Of a stretch of 37,705 bases of DNA, positions 17,562-26,715 are shown in pieces; position 1 is the stretch's first letter, and each line of letters begins with the position of its first letter. Position numbers and translations under genes: made by a program. Below the pieces are notes generated by a model. It was not told the origin of the DNA, ran no database searches, and saw nothing but the letters and a program-made list of their open reading frames with translations. This DNA is from Promethearchaeota archaeon (GTDB taxonomy: Archaea > Asgardarchaeota > Lokiarchaeia > Sigyniarchaeales > SOKP01). Location: contig RDOE01000030.1 of the NCBI GenBank assembly GCA_011364975.1, positions 1 through 37,705 of the forward strand. The letters run 5' to 3'.

Positions 17562-19037
17562 ATGACAATAACAAAAGAGAGAAATGTGTTTGAAAAAGCT
17601 AGTAAGGAGGAAATTTACAATAAATTAGTTGAGATCTTTGGAGAAAATAACGTTTCACAGAAACCAGTTGATCTATACCCGTATTCTTATGATATGACTG
17701 AATCTGATCCACATATGCCGGATTTTGTAGTTATTCCCGAAAATGTATATCAATTAGTAAAGTTAGTAAACTTTGCAAATACAAATAAAGTGCCTATTGT
17801 TCCGTATATCTCGGGAAATAATGTTGGTGGTTTAACTATTCCGGAGTACGGAGGAATTATTGTAGATTTTGGGAAAAAGATGAATAAGATACTCCACATC
17901 AATGAAAATATGATGTATGCTCTGTTAGAACCAGGAGTTACTTTTGGACAATTACAAAAATATTTAGAAAATAATTATCCTCATCTTAGATATAGTTATC
18001 CTTTTGCCCCACCTTATGCTGGGGTGGTTGGTAATGCAATTTTGAGTGGAATGAATAATTTATCCTGTAAATTGGGTTCAATGGGAGATTCCATCAATGG
18101 GTTAGAAGTTATAACAGCAGATGGAGAAATAGCTAGAATCGGTTCTTGTTTTTATGGCGAGAAAGAAGCAGATCTCGATTCTTGGTGGAGTAGATATCCC
18201 ATGCCTGACCTTATGGGGTTATTTATCAACTGGCAGGGGATGACTGGCTTAGTAACAAAATGTGCTGTTCAATTGTGGCCTAATCCCCCTATAACGAAAA
18301 CTTTTTTGGCAGTTGTATTTGGGTTAACAGATATAGCTCCCGTAATGAGGGAGATTGGAAGAACCGAAGTGGTGGATGATATCTCAGCAGTGAGTATTGA
18401 GGTAATTAAAATGACTGTAAATTTACCCGAACCCATTAAGTTGCCTGGAGAGCCTGATTTTGCTGCGTTATTTCCAATTTCTGCAAAAACAGAGAACTTA
18501 TTTAATGCTAAAAAAGAGATTTTAGAAAAAACAATTGAAGAGTTAAGGGATAAAGGTATCAAAGTATTATTGGTAGATGTAGATGAATTCTCTAAACTTT
18601 TCAATTTAAGAGTAAGATGTTATTTAGATTTACCTGCCGCTTTATTATCACTAGTAGAATATTCGGGATTAACTTGGTTTGGGTCATATGCTCCCACTCA
18701 TAAACTCGAAGAGTTAATTCCGAAAGTAAATCGTCTTTTCTTAAATTACAATGTGCCACCTTTTATTTATATGAAGATAATGAAACATTCACATTATGGA
18801 ATCTTTAGACCTATTATTAGATATAAAAAATCTTCTGAAGAGGAAAAAATACATAAGCTATTAACTGAGATAACAGAAGTTTGTATTGACGGGGGATGTA
18901 TCCCTTATAAGGCACCGATTTGGATGACTGAAAAATTGAGAAAAAAAGTCAATCCAGGGTGGTTAAACTTGCTAGAAAAGGTTAAAAAATGGATGGATCC
19001 TAACAATATTTTTAATCCCGGAAGATGGAATACTTAA
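17562..19037 (+). CDS. FAD-binding oxidoreductase, VAO/PCMH-like (copy A)
   Basis: SGNNVGG, VDFGKKMNKI, YALLEPGVTFGQL, GLEVITADG, PDLMGLF, GCIPYK, DPNNIFNPG. ATG 17562 follows an AGGTGA SD that overlaps the SCP2 stop and aligns with the start of copy B. Confidence 0.88.
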   Translation: MTITKERNVFEKASKEEIYNKLVEIFGENNVSQKPVDLYPYSYDMTESDPHMPDFVVIPENVYQLVKLVNFANTNKVPIVPYISGNNVGGLTIPEYGGIIVDFGKKMNKILHINENMMYALLEPGVTFGQLQKYLENNYPHLRYSYPFAPPYAGVVGNAILSGMNNLSCKLGSMGDSINGLEVITADGEIARIGSCFYGEKEADLDSWWSRYPMPDLMGLFINWQGMTGLVTKCAVQLWPNPPITKTFLAVVFGLTDIAPVMREIGRTEVVDDISAVSIEVIKMTVNLPEPIKLPGEPDFAALFPISAKTENLFNAKKEILEKTIEELRDKGIKVLLVDVDEFSKLFNLRVRCYLDLPAALLSLVEYSGLTWFGSYAPTHKLEELIPKVNRLFLNYNVPPFIYMKIMKHSHYGIFRPIIRYKKSSEEEKIHKLLTEITEVCIDGGCIPYKAPIWMTEKLRKKVNPGWLNLLEKVKKWMDPNNIFNPGRWNT

Positions 19038-19090
19038 TATAAATTAATTTATTTCTTTAATTAATCTGAATAGAGTTTAAGCGTTACTAT

Positions 19091-19522
19091 GTGAAAAATA
19101 TGATGGAAATACAACAACCAGACGATCTAATTTCTATTTCCTTATATAATGTATTTTCTCAAAGGAAAGACGATCGAAAGTTTATTAAGTATGCGAAAGA
19201 TTGGAATAAAAAGATAGTGCTCCATATTATTCCGTTTTATCCTGTTTCAGTTTTTTTTGAAGGTAATCGGATAAGTTTCAAAAGAGGCGAAATAGAAAAC
19301 GCTGATATGAAAGTAACGATTCATATTAATAATATGTTGGATATTGCTTATGGTAGAGTTAATCCATTTTATGCCATGGAAGAAGGAAAATTAGAGATTG
19401 AAGGTTTGGGTGAAGATAGTGATAAATTAACTAAATTCTACAACATTTTTGTAGTTTCGATGGAACAGATTGCTCAGGAACCTAATCTTAATTATTATGA
19501 AATAAAGAAGCAGGGTAGGTAA
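19091..19522 (+). CDS. SCP2 sterol/lipid-binding domain protein (copy B)
   Basis: ADMKVTI..MLDIAYGRVNPFYAMEEGKLEIEG. True start may be ATG 19100 or 19103. Confidence 0.78.
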   Translation: MKNMMEIQQPDDLISISLYNVFSQRKDDRKFIKYAKDWNKKIVLHIIPFYPVSVFFEGNRISFKRGEIENADMKVTIHINNMLDIAYGRVNPFYAMEEGKLEIEGLGEDSDKLTKFYNIFVVSMEQIAQEPNLNYYEIKKQGR

Positions 19523-19535
19523 AGGGTGTGAAATT

Positions 19536-21032
19536 ATGACAATATCAAAAAAATCAAATGCATTTGAAAAGATCGGTAAGGCAGAAGTTCTTTCTCGTTT
19601 AATTGATATATTTGGATCTACTAATGTATCAAATAAACAAGTAGATTTGTATCCATATTCTTATGACATGACGGAAAATGAACCTCATATGCCTGATTTT
19701 GTAGTTATACCCGAAAATAAAGAACAATTAGTGGAATTAGTTATATTTTGTAATCAGTATGCGATTCCAATAGTTCCTTATACCTCCGGAAATAATGTCG
19801 GGGGTTTAACGATTCCAGACTATGGGGGAATAATTGTAGATTTCGGAAAAAAAATGAACAAAATCATACACGTAAATGGCAATATGATGTATGCTTTAAT
19901 TGAACCAGGTGTTACCTTTGGTCAACTGCAGAAATATTTGGAAGAGAATTATCCCCATCTAAGATATAGTTATCCAAATGCTCCACCATATGCAGGTGTA
20001 ATGGGAAATGCTTTATTAAGCGGAATGACTAATTTAGGTGCTAAGATCGGCTCCATGGCAGATAGCGTAAATGGATTAGAAGTAATAATGGCTGATGGCG
20101 ATATTGTGAGAATTGGATCTTGTTTTTATGGAAAGGAAGAAGCAGATCTAAATAGTTGGTGGAGTCGTTATCCTATGCCAGACTTATTAGGATTATTTGT
20201 TAATTGGCAGGGTATGACAGGTTTGGTAACAAAATGTGCTGTCCAATTATGGCCAAAAGAACCGGTAGAAAAGCCTCAATTAGCAATTTTTTTCGGTTTA
20301 ACTGATCTCGCACCCTTTCTAAGAGAAGTGGGTAAAATAGATATCATTAATGATATTGCGGCTTTTTCGGTTGAGGTAGCAAAAATGGAAGTTGGAATAC
20401 CTGAACCAGTGAAATATCCTGAAGAACCTTATTATACAGCGGTTATTCCTATATCAGCCAAGAATGAAGAACACTTAAATGTAAAGCTGAATCTTTTAAA
20501 TGAGATTGTAGAAAAGCTTAATCATCAAGGAACTAATATTCATCTGATAGATTATAACGAGTTTTCAAAGCTTTATGACTTAAAAGCACGGAATATTTAC
20601 GATCTCCCATCACAAATTCTTTCATTGCATGAGTATAGTGGTCTTACTTGGTTTGGAGCGTATGCTCCTACTGATAAATTCGAAGAATTAATTGAAAAAA
20701 CTGATAAAATCTACAAAAAACATGGTTTTCCCCCTTTTAATTATCTCAAGATAATGAAAGGTGGACATTATGGTATTTTTAGACCGATATTTCGTTTTAA
20801 ACGTTTTACTGAAAGAGAAAGAGTTTTTAAGCTGGCAGAAGAAATTGCTGATACTTGTATTGCTTTAGGATGCATTCCTTATAAAACTCCATCTTGGTTG
20901 ACAGCTAAATTAAGAGAAAAAATCAATCCCGGATGGATAAGGTTATTTGAGAAAGTAAAAAGGTGTCTTGATCCCAATAATATTTTTAACCCAGGAAGAT
21001 GGAATACAAGCCCTTCTTCAAATAAAAATTAA
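19536..21032 (+). CDS. FAD-binding oxidoreductase, VAO/PCMH-like (copy B)
   Basis: Same motifs as copy A, including GCIPYK and DPNNIFNPGRW. Confidence 0.88.
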   Translation: MTISKKSNAFEKIGKAEVLSRLIDIFGSTNVSNKQVDLYPYSYDMTENEPHMPDFVVIPENKEQLVELVIFCNQYAIPIVPYTSGNNVGGLTIPDYGGIIVDFGKKMNKIIHVNGNMMYALIEPGVTFGQLQKYLEENYPHLRYSYPNAPPYAGVMGNALLSGMTNLGAKIGSMADSVNGLEVIMADGDIVRIGSCFYGKEEADLNSWWSRYPMPDLLGLFVNWQGMTGLVTKCAVQLWPKEPVEKPQLAIFFGLTDLAPFLREVGKIDIINDIAAFSVEVAKMEVGIPEPVKYPEEPYYTAVIPISAKNEEHLNVKLNLLNEIVEKLNHQGTNIHLIDYNEFSKLYDLKARNIYDLPSQILSLHEYSGLTWFGAYAPTDKFEELIEKTDKIYKKHGFPPFNYLKIMKGGHYGIFRPIFRFKRFTERERVFKLAEEIADTCIALGCIPYKTPSWLTAKLREKINPGWIRLFEKVKRCLDPNNIFNPGRWNTSPSSNKN

Positions 21033-21073
21033 TCAAACGAATTTAATAAACAATGAAAAAAGTGAGTTAAAGT

Positions 21074-22252
21074 ATGGTTGAAATTGATGAAAAAGTTATG
21101 AATAAAGAAGTTTTGGAGATGGCATTTGATAGATGCATTAAATGTAGCACATGCAAATACAGTTATAAAAATTTTGAAAAGTCTTGTCCTTCGGGGGAAA
21201 AATTCCTATTTGAATCCTACTGGGCTTCCGGTAGAATAAGGATAATAAGAGGAGTTTTAAATGGTGAGTTAGATTGGACTGATGAGTTAATAGATCCCAT
21301 TTTTGCTTGTACTACATGTGGAGCTTGCATGGATTCTTGCCAAGCTCCGCACGCAGATTATATTGTTGAAATGATCGAAACTCTCAGAGAGTTGGCTGTA
21401 CAACATATTGGTCCGGCCAAAAATCAGCAATTCTTAGTTTCACGATGCGAAGAGAGTTGTAATCCTTATGGTGAACCAAATTCTGATAATGAAGATTTGA
21501 AGAAAAAGTATAATCTACCTGATAAGGCGGAATGGGTTTATTTCATAGGATGTACTTCAAATTATCGCCAACAGAGTTTAAGAGATGCTACCTTAAGATT
21601 CCTAAAGAAAGCTAAAATTGATTTTACATTGGTTGATGAACATTGTTGTACTAGCCCAATGATAAGAACTGGACAACTTAGTATTGTTAAAGATTATATG
21701 AATTATAATATAGCCCAGATCAAAAATACAGGTGCGAAGAAGGTAATAACTTCATGTGCTGGTTGTTATAAAACCTTAATAAACGATTTTGAAAGGTTCG
21801 GAGAGGAGATGGGTTTAGAGATTTATCACTCACTCGAATTAGTTAAGCAATTACTCGATAAAAAGAAATTGAAATTTAAATCGGGTTATAATAAAACTGT
21901 GACTTATCATGATCCTTGCCACCTTGGGAGGCATATGGGAATTTACGAGTTACCAAGAGAAATATACAAACAGATACCGGATTTGAAGTTGGTTGAAATG
22001 AAGAGAAATAGGAACTTTTCTTGGTGTTGCGGTGCAGGAGGTGGTGTAAAAATAGGGTATCCAGATTGGGCAATTGAGATTTCAAAAGAACGATTAGAGG
22101 AAGCAAAAGAAACAGGTGCAACTGTAATAACTTCAACTTGCCCTTTTTGCAAGACTAATTTAACGGATGCTAACGAAGCTTATAATTTTGATTTTGAAGT
22201 ATTAGATTTAATGGAAATATTAGATAAAGTCGAAATTGAAATAGAGGTCTAA
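21074..22252 (+). CDS. Fe-S oxidoreductase, GlpC/GlcF/HdrD-like (ferredoxin motifs + two CCG domains)
   Basis: CIKCSTC..C, CTTCGACMDSC, FIGC..CCTS..SCAGC, YHDPCH..CCG..TCPFC. Confidence 0.88.
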   Translation: MVEIDEKVMNKEVLEMAFDRCIKCSTCKYSYKNFEKSCPSGEKFLFESYWASGRIRIIRGVLNGELDWTDELIDPIFACTTCGACMDSCQAPHADYIVEMIETLRELAVQHIGPAKNQQFLVSRCEESCNPYGEPNSDNEDLKKKYNLPDKAEWVYFIGCTSNYRQQSLRDATLRFLKKAKIDFTLVDEHCCTSPMIRTGQLSIVKDYMNYNIAQIKNTGAKKVITSCAGCYKTLINDFERFGEEMGLEIYHSLELVKQLLDKKKLKFKSGYNKTVTYHDPCHLGRHMGIYELPREIYKQIPDLKLVEMKRNRNFSWCCGAGGGVKIGYPDWAIEISKERLEEAKETGATVITSTCPFCKTNLTDANEAYNFDFEVLDLMEILDKVEIEIEV

Positions 22253-22319
22253 TTTTCTTCATTAATTTTTTTTTCCAGTGTTTAAAATCACTCTTTAAAG
22301 AAAGATAGAGAGGGTTCAA

Positions 22320-23681
22320 GTGACAATCAACAAAAGAATTTCTACCTTTAGACAAGAGAGATGTGATAGATGTGGATTATGTTTTCATCAATGTCCTGTT
22401 CTGAGTTTACCAATCAATGAGTCAAAGACAGAAATCCAACGATTAATTGAAGGGAGTGGGTCAAAACATGTTTTGTACAAATGCAATACCTGTTTTTCAT
22501 GTAATATCTATTGCCCTCAACAAGCAAATCCTTATCAATTAATTCTAGAAAATTGGAATCGAATTTATAAAAAGCGAGGCGCACCACCACTTTATCGGTT
22601 TGTTTGTCCTACTGAGGAACCCAATATCTGGCAACTCCTAAATCTATTTCTCCCCAATCAAGAAAAAAAGTGGATTAATAAATGGGTTACCCATACTCCT
22701 AAAGCTAATGAACAAATACTATTGATAGGGAATTATACACATTTATTTCCTTTCATTATAGGCGACAGTAAGCTCTTAAAACATTATACTCCTGTTTCTA
22801 GAATCGATCAATGGGAGGGCGGTGCGTATTTATATCAAGGAGGTTATTTAGACATAGTACAACAAATTGCATCTCGTTGTGATTCTGATTTTAAAAAATG
22901 GGGTGTGAAAAAAGTGGCAACTCTCCTTGATGCAGTTTATTATATATTTTCAGAAATTCACCCCGAAGAGATGTTAGTTAATCATTCTCAAGAATTTATT
23001 AATTTTAATGAATTGATGCTAGAAGAGATAAAAAATGGAAATATAACATTACCAAAAAAATTAAATTTAGATATTACAGTTCATGATAACTGTTATTCAA
23101 AAGCTCTCGGAGGTGCATATTGGGATACACCGAGGGAAATTTTGCTAAAATGTGGTTGCAACCTTAAAGAGATGAGACATAATAAAGGAGATTCACTGTG
23201 TTGTGGGTTTGGTGCAGGAGCTTCTTGGTTTAAAAATATATCCATTCCTTTTGATATAATATCAGAGGGTACAAAAAAGTTTAACGAAGCCGAAGTAACG
23301 GGAGCAAATGCGTTGGTAACTTACTGTAGTGGCTGTCTTTATCTCTTATGGGCAACAAAAGAATTACTAGGTTATAAAATAGATTTATATCATATAATAG
23401 AGATAGTTAGAATGGCTATGGGAGAAACCATACCTTATCCTGAAGCTCATCAAACACGCGCTTGGGATATAATTGCTATAATAACATATCAATTAATGGT
23501 TTCCACTATACAGAAGAATTTTTTTATTAAAAAAATTACATATGAACAAAACTTAAACACATTTTGGCCTAAAAGATATTTAATTCTCAGGATCATTAGG
23601 ATATTATTTAAAATATCTTTGGTTCGCCAAATTTATAGTAAAATGTTTGTTATATTAATGCGATTACTGAAATCTAGATAA
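22320..23681 (+). CDS. Fe-S protein with 2x[4Fe-4S] ferredoxin motifs, one degenerate and one intact CCG domain, and a basic/hydrophobic C-terminal extension
   Basis: CDRCGLCFHQCP and CNTCFSCNIYCP; HDNC..CCG..YCSGC intact; GTG start. Confidence 0.78.
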   Translation: MTINKRISTFRQERCDRCGLCFHQCPVLSLPINESKTEIQRLIEGSGSKHVLYKCNTCFSCNIYCPQQANPYQLILENWNRIYKKRGAPPLYRFVCPTEEPNIWQLLNLFLPNQEKKWINKWVTHTPKANEQILLIGNYTHLFPFIIGDSKLLKHYTPVSRIDQWEGGAYLYQGGYLDIVQQIASRCDSDFKKWGVKKVATLLDAVYYIFSEIHPEEMLVNHSQEFINFNELMLEEIKNGNITLPKKLNLDITVHDNCYSKALGGAYWDTPREILLKCGCNLKEMRHNKGDSLCCGFGAGASWFKNISIPFDIISEGTKKFNEAEVTGANALVTYCSGCLYLLWATKELLGYKIDLYHIIEIVRMAMGETIPYPEAHQTRAWDIIAIITYQLMVSTIQKNFFIKKITYEQNLNTFWPKRYLILRIIRILFKISLVRQIYSKMFVILMRLLKSR

Positions 23682-23722
23682 AAGCATATTTAAGTTATTA
23701 GAAAAATTGAAATTAGTATATT

Positions 23723-25891
23723 ATGAAAGTAATAGACTGGTTATTGAATAAAGGACATCGAATCAAACAAAAAGAATGGAGTCGCTCGTGGAAAATACCA
23801 AGATTTTTGTTATATGCATTTGGTATTTTTACAATTTTTTGGTATTTTTGGAGCATTATTGGGATTATGGTTGGGCTGCTCTATTTTATATTATTTAAAG
23901 ATCTAGCTTGGAAAAGAAATGGCATCATATTGAGCGTAGTTATTTCCTCTGTTGATGTATTTATCTATTTTTATAAGGAATTTGCTCCATTAAAGTTAGC
24001 CATTTGGTCGGGAGTAGCATTTATAAGTGGTTATTTGTTTATTTTATTGGTAGTAGAGCTTTTAAAGAAAAAATCTTTAAAATTCAATCATCTTAGGAAA
24101 GGCATCTCTCATAGATTAAAAAATTTATCCATAATTCAAAAAAGGCTATTTTTTTTAATTCTGTTCACTACTCCAATTGGATTATGGTCATCAGTAAATA
24201 TTGATTTGGGTGTAATGTTCGATAATAGTTCCCGATTTCTCTGGATTAATGTACCTTCAAAAGTCAACACTGGAGATAATTTCACTATTACTATTGAAGC
24301 ATGGGATTCTTTTGAAAGATTAAGTGCTACTTACAATGGGAAAATTGAGTTTTCAATCGAATCATATAATTTAAGTAGTTATTTACCAATTTCTATGCCA
24401 CTAGTGGACTTCCCGGAGCCGTACACATTTTCTGGTCAATTATTTGGAAGTGACATTGCCTATGAAATTAATGATGGAAAAGATAATGGTATGAATACTT
24501 TTGAAATGACTATTGGAACTCCCGGTATTCATTATATATTAGTATCTGATAGTTTAACAGGAAATACATATTATAGTAATCCTATTATAGTAAAAAATTA
24601 TGAAAGCTCGGAGCAATTGATAGCATGGGGGGATATCCATACTCATTCCCATTTATCGGATGGTAGTGGGACCGCTGAACATAATTTCAACTTTGCTAGA
24701 AATATTGCACGTTTGGACTTTTTTGCACTTACAGATCACGGAGAAATATTACTTTTTAACCCAGATTCTCTTGATTTCATTGAGACTTTAACTAATAGTC
24801 AATATGAACCAGGTAAATTTGTAACTTTTCACGGAATTGAATGGACACAGGTTGAAACTGGACATTATACATGTATTTATAGTGGAGAGAATATGTTAAA
24901 AGAACCTCTTTTATCATATTTGACTATCCCTACAACAAATGGTTTATGGAATACCTTGGACCAGTTTACTTCCAAAACAGGAGATCGTGCGCTTGCACTA
25001 CCCCATCATACAACAAAAAAAGCATATATTCAAGATTGGACATACATTAATCCTAAGTATGTAAAGCTAGCGGAAGTTACATCTGTTCATGGTGAATTTT
25101 TGTTCGAACAACGAGATGGACTAAATTATCGTGGAGCTATTGATTCACCATTTCAATATACATATGGTTCTTCTATCATGGATGCATTCAAGATGGGATA
25201 TAGAATGACATTATATGCCGCGAGTGATGTTCATGATGGTCACCCCGGACATAGTCTAAGTCATACTCGAGCATACATCGGTCATCAGCGACCTTTGAGT
25301 ATTTGGCATACAAGAAACGAACATCCTTATCCAGGGGGCTTAACCGCAGTGTTTACAGATAATCTTACTAGAGAAGGTGTATTTTCAGCATTAGAACAAC
25401 AACAACTTTTTGCGAATTCAGATCATGGTCGCCCAATCCTTATATTTAATATAAATGGAACTAAGGTTGGAAATGGATCAACTCTTATTGTAAATAATCA
25501 AACTTCTCCAAGATTGCTTAATATTTTTTTGGCACAAGATGGTGCACCTGTAGGATTAATGTCAGAAGCGGCTTCAATTACTCCTAACTGGGTCCCAAAT
25601 TGGAATGCGTCGATTGAAATCCTAAAAAATGGAAAATTATGGCACACAATCCGTGTTTCAGAAGCGGTAAGTAATATCAGTGTTTTAGATACCGATGCTA
25701 TTATGGGTGCCACATTTGAACCTTATTGTATCGAGAGGGATGGAAATTATTACATAAATAGTTTTAGCGATAATTCGATTGATCCTACCTCTTTGAACAC
25801 TAATGGATTTGATTTTTATATAATACGGATAGTAGGAGATAATGGTAGAACCTCATATGCTGGTCCAATTTGGGTTGAATATGTCATTTAA
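23723..25891 (+). CDS. Membrane-anchored PHP-fold metallohydrolase (DUF3604/CehA-McbA-like)
   Basis: Several N-terminal TM helices, a beta-rich Ig-like region, then WGDIHTHSHLSDG, LTDH, GIEWT, GH, PHH, EV.S.HG, SDVHDGHPG, GGLTAV..LTRE and C-terminal YAGPIWV. Confidence 0.78.
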   Translation: MKVIDWLLNKGHRIKQKEWSRSWKIPRFLLYAFGIFTIFWYFWSIIGIMVGLLYFILFKDLAWKRNGIILSVVISSVDVFIYFYKEFAPLKLAIWSGVAFISGYLFILLVVELLKKKSLKFNHLRKGISHRLKNLSIIQKRLFFLILFTTPIGLWSSVNIDLGVMFDNSSRFLWINVPSKVNTGDNFTITIEAWDSFERLSATYNGKIEFSIESYNLSSYLPISMPLVDFPEPYTFSGQLFGSDIAYEINDGKDNGMNTFEMTIGTPGIHYILVSDSLTGNTYYSNPIIVKNYESSEQLIAWGDIHTHSHLSDGSGTAEHNFNFARNIARLDFFALTDHGEILLFNPDSLDFIETLTNSQYEPGKFVTFHGIEWTQVETGHYTCIYSGENMLKEPLLSYLTIPTTNGLWNTLDQFTSKTGDRALALPHHTTKKAYIQDWTYINPKYVKLAEVTSVHGEFLFEQRDGLNYRGAIDSPFQYTYGSSIMDAFKMGYRMTLYAASDVHDGHPGHSLSHTRAYIGHQRPLSIWHTRNEHPYPGGLTAVFTDNLTREGVFSALEQQQLFANSDHGRPILIFNINGTKVGNGSTLIVNNQTSPRLLNIFLAQDGAPVGLMSEAASITPNWVPNWNASIEILKNGKLWHTIRVSEAVSNISVLDTDAIMGATFEPYCIERDGNYYINSFSDNSIDPTSLNTNGFDFYIIRIVGDNGRTSYAGPIWVEYVI

Positions 25892-25927
25892 TAAATTTCA
25901 TAAACCATTGAATACATCATTTAATGG

Positions 25928-26440
25928 GTGTTATTAGTGAAATATGAAAAAAATCAATATTCAGAAGGAGTGAGTATTTGCTCATTTATTATAGCTGGAA
26001 TGTTCCTTTACTGGGGATTAAATGATCTTCTAATAAAACCTTTGATGGAGGGTGCAGCTATCGGATGGTGGGGGTGGTTTTGGATAGCAATTGGAGTAGC
26101 TATAATAGTGGGGCAAATAGCAAGATGGACAAATAGATCCAAATTAAGAAATGCTGTTCTATATGAATATGAGGAACATCCTAACGCTACAATTGAAGAA
26201 ATTAGTCAGAATACAGCTATTACTCTAAAAGATGTTCAAGCTGTTGTATTAGACTTAAAGGCATCGGGACTTCTCCGAGGTAAATTTTCATCTACTACAG
26301 GTGAGATGACTAATGTGGAAGTCGCTAAGAGCATAGAAGAACCAAGTATGGATACCACAGTAAAATATTGTCCAAATTGTGGAACTGCTAAGACAAAAGA
26401 AGCAGCTGCATTTTGTTCATACTGTGGAACTAAATTCTAA
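25928..26440 (+). CDS. Two-TM protein with PCI-like winged helix and C-terminal zinc ribbon
   Basis: Two hydrophobic helices; TIEEISQNTAITLKDVQAVVLDLKASGLLRGKFSSTTGE; CPNCG..FCSYCG. Confidence 0.7.
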   Translation: MLLVKYEKNQYSEGVSICSFIIAGMFLYWGLNDLLIKPLMEGAAIGWWGWFWIAIGVAIIVGQIARWTNRSKLRNAVLYEYEEHPNATIEEISQNTAITLKDVQAVVLDLKASGLLRGKFSSTTGEMTNVEVAKSIEEPSMDTTVKYCPNCGTAKTKEAAAFCSYCGTKF

Positions 26441-26462
26441 TTTACTATTTTTGATTTTTTTT
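26441..26462 (+). terminator. Oligo-T terminator-like tract
   Basis: tttactatttttgatttttttt immediately after the stop at 26440. Confidence 0.45.
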
Positions 26463-26464
26463 AA

Positions 26465-26686
26465 TTTACAAATAGAAAAGTATATATTCGTATTATTATC
26501 ATTTTTGTTGGAAATTTTAATATTGGATAGTTGATATGTGTGATTTTAACAATAAATTTAGGATTGCTTATTACACTGATTTTTGTGCGTGATCCGACAC
26601 CTAAAACAGGTAATACGACTAAGATATTCTCATTTGGATTCTTAGGGATGTTATTGATTATTGGTATGATACTTGGGAGAATTTAG
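26465..26686 (+). pseudogene. Unannotated hydrophobic reading frame: either a 51-aa two-TM small protein (TTG 26531) or a membrane-protein gene remnant with an in-frame TAG at 26528-26530
   Basis: Manual translation: ..KVYIRIIIIFVGNFNIG*LICVILTINLGLLITLIFVRDPTPKTGNTTKIFSFGFLGMLLIIGMILGRI*. Confidence 0.4.
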
Positions 26687-26715
26687 ATGAAATATAAAAA
26701 AAAGAGAATTTAAGA

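Larger units (their letters stand above)
17129..21032 (+). repeat. Diverged tandem duplication of a two-gene (SCP2 + flavoprotein) cassette, period about 1.97 kb
   Basis: Flavoprotein starts at 17562 and 19536 are 1974 nt apart. Long identical peptide blocks (VDLYPYSYDMTE, EPGVTFGQLQKYLE, SWWSRYPMPDL, NWQGMTGLVTKCAVQLWP). Both SCP2 proteins share DL.SISL.N, WNKKIV, AYGR.NP and NYYE..K..R. Confidence 0.9.

Noticed and set aside
13176-21032. Calling the flavoproteins glcD, D-lactate dehydrogenase or alkyl-DHAP synthase
   Set aside because: The diagnostic C-terminal His motif is missing in all three.
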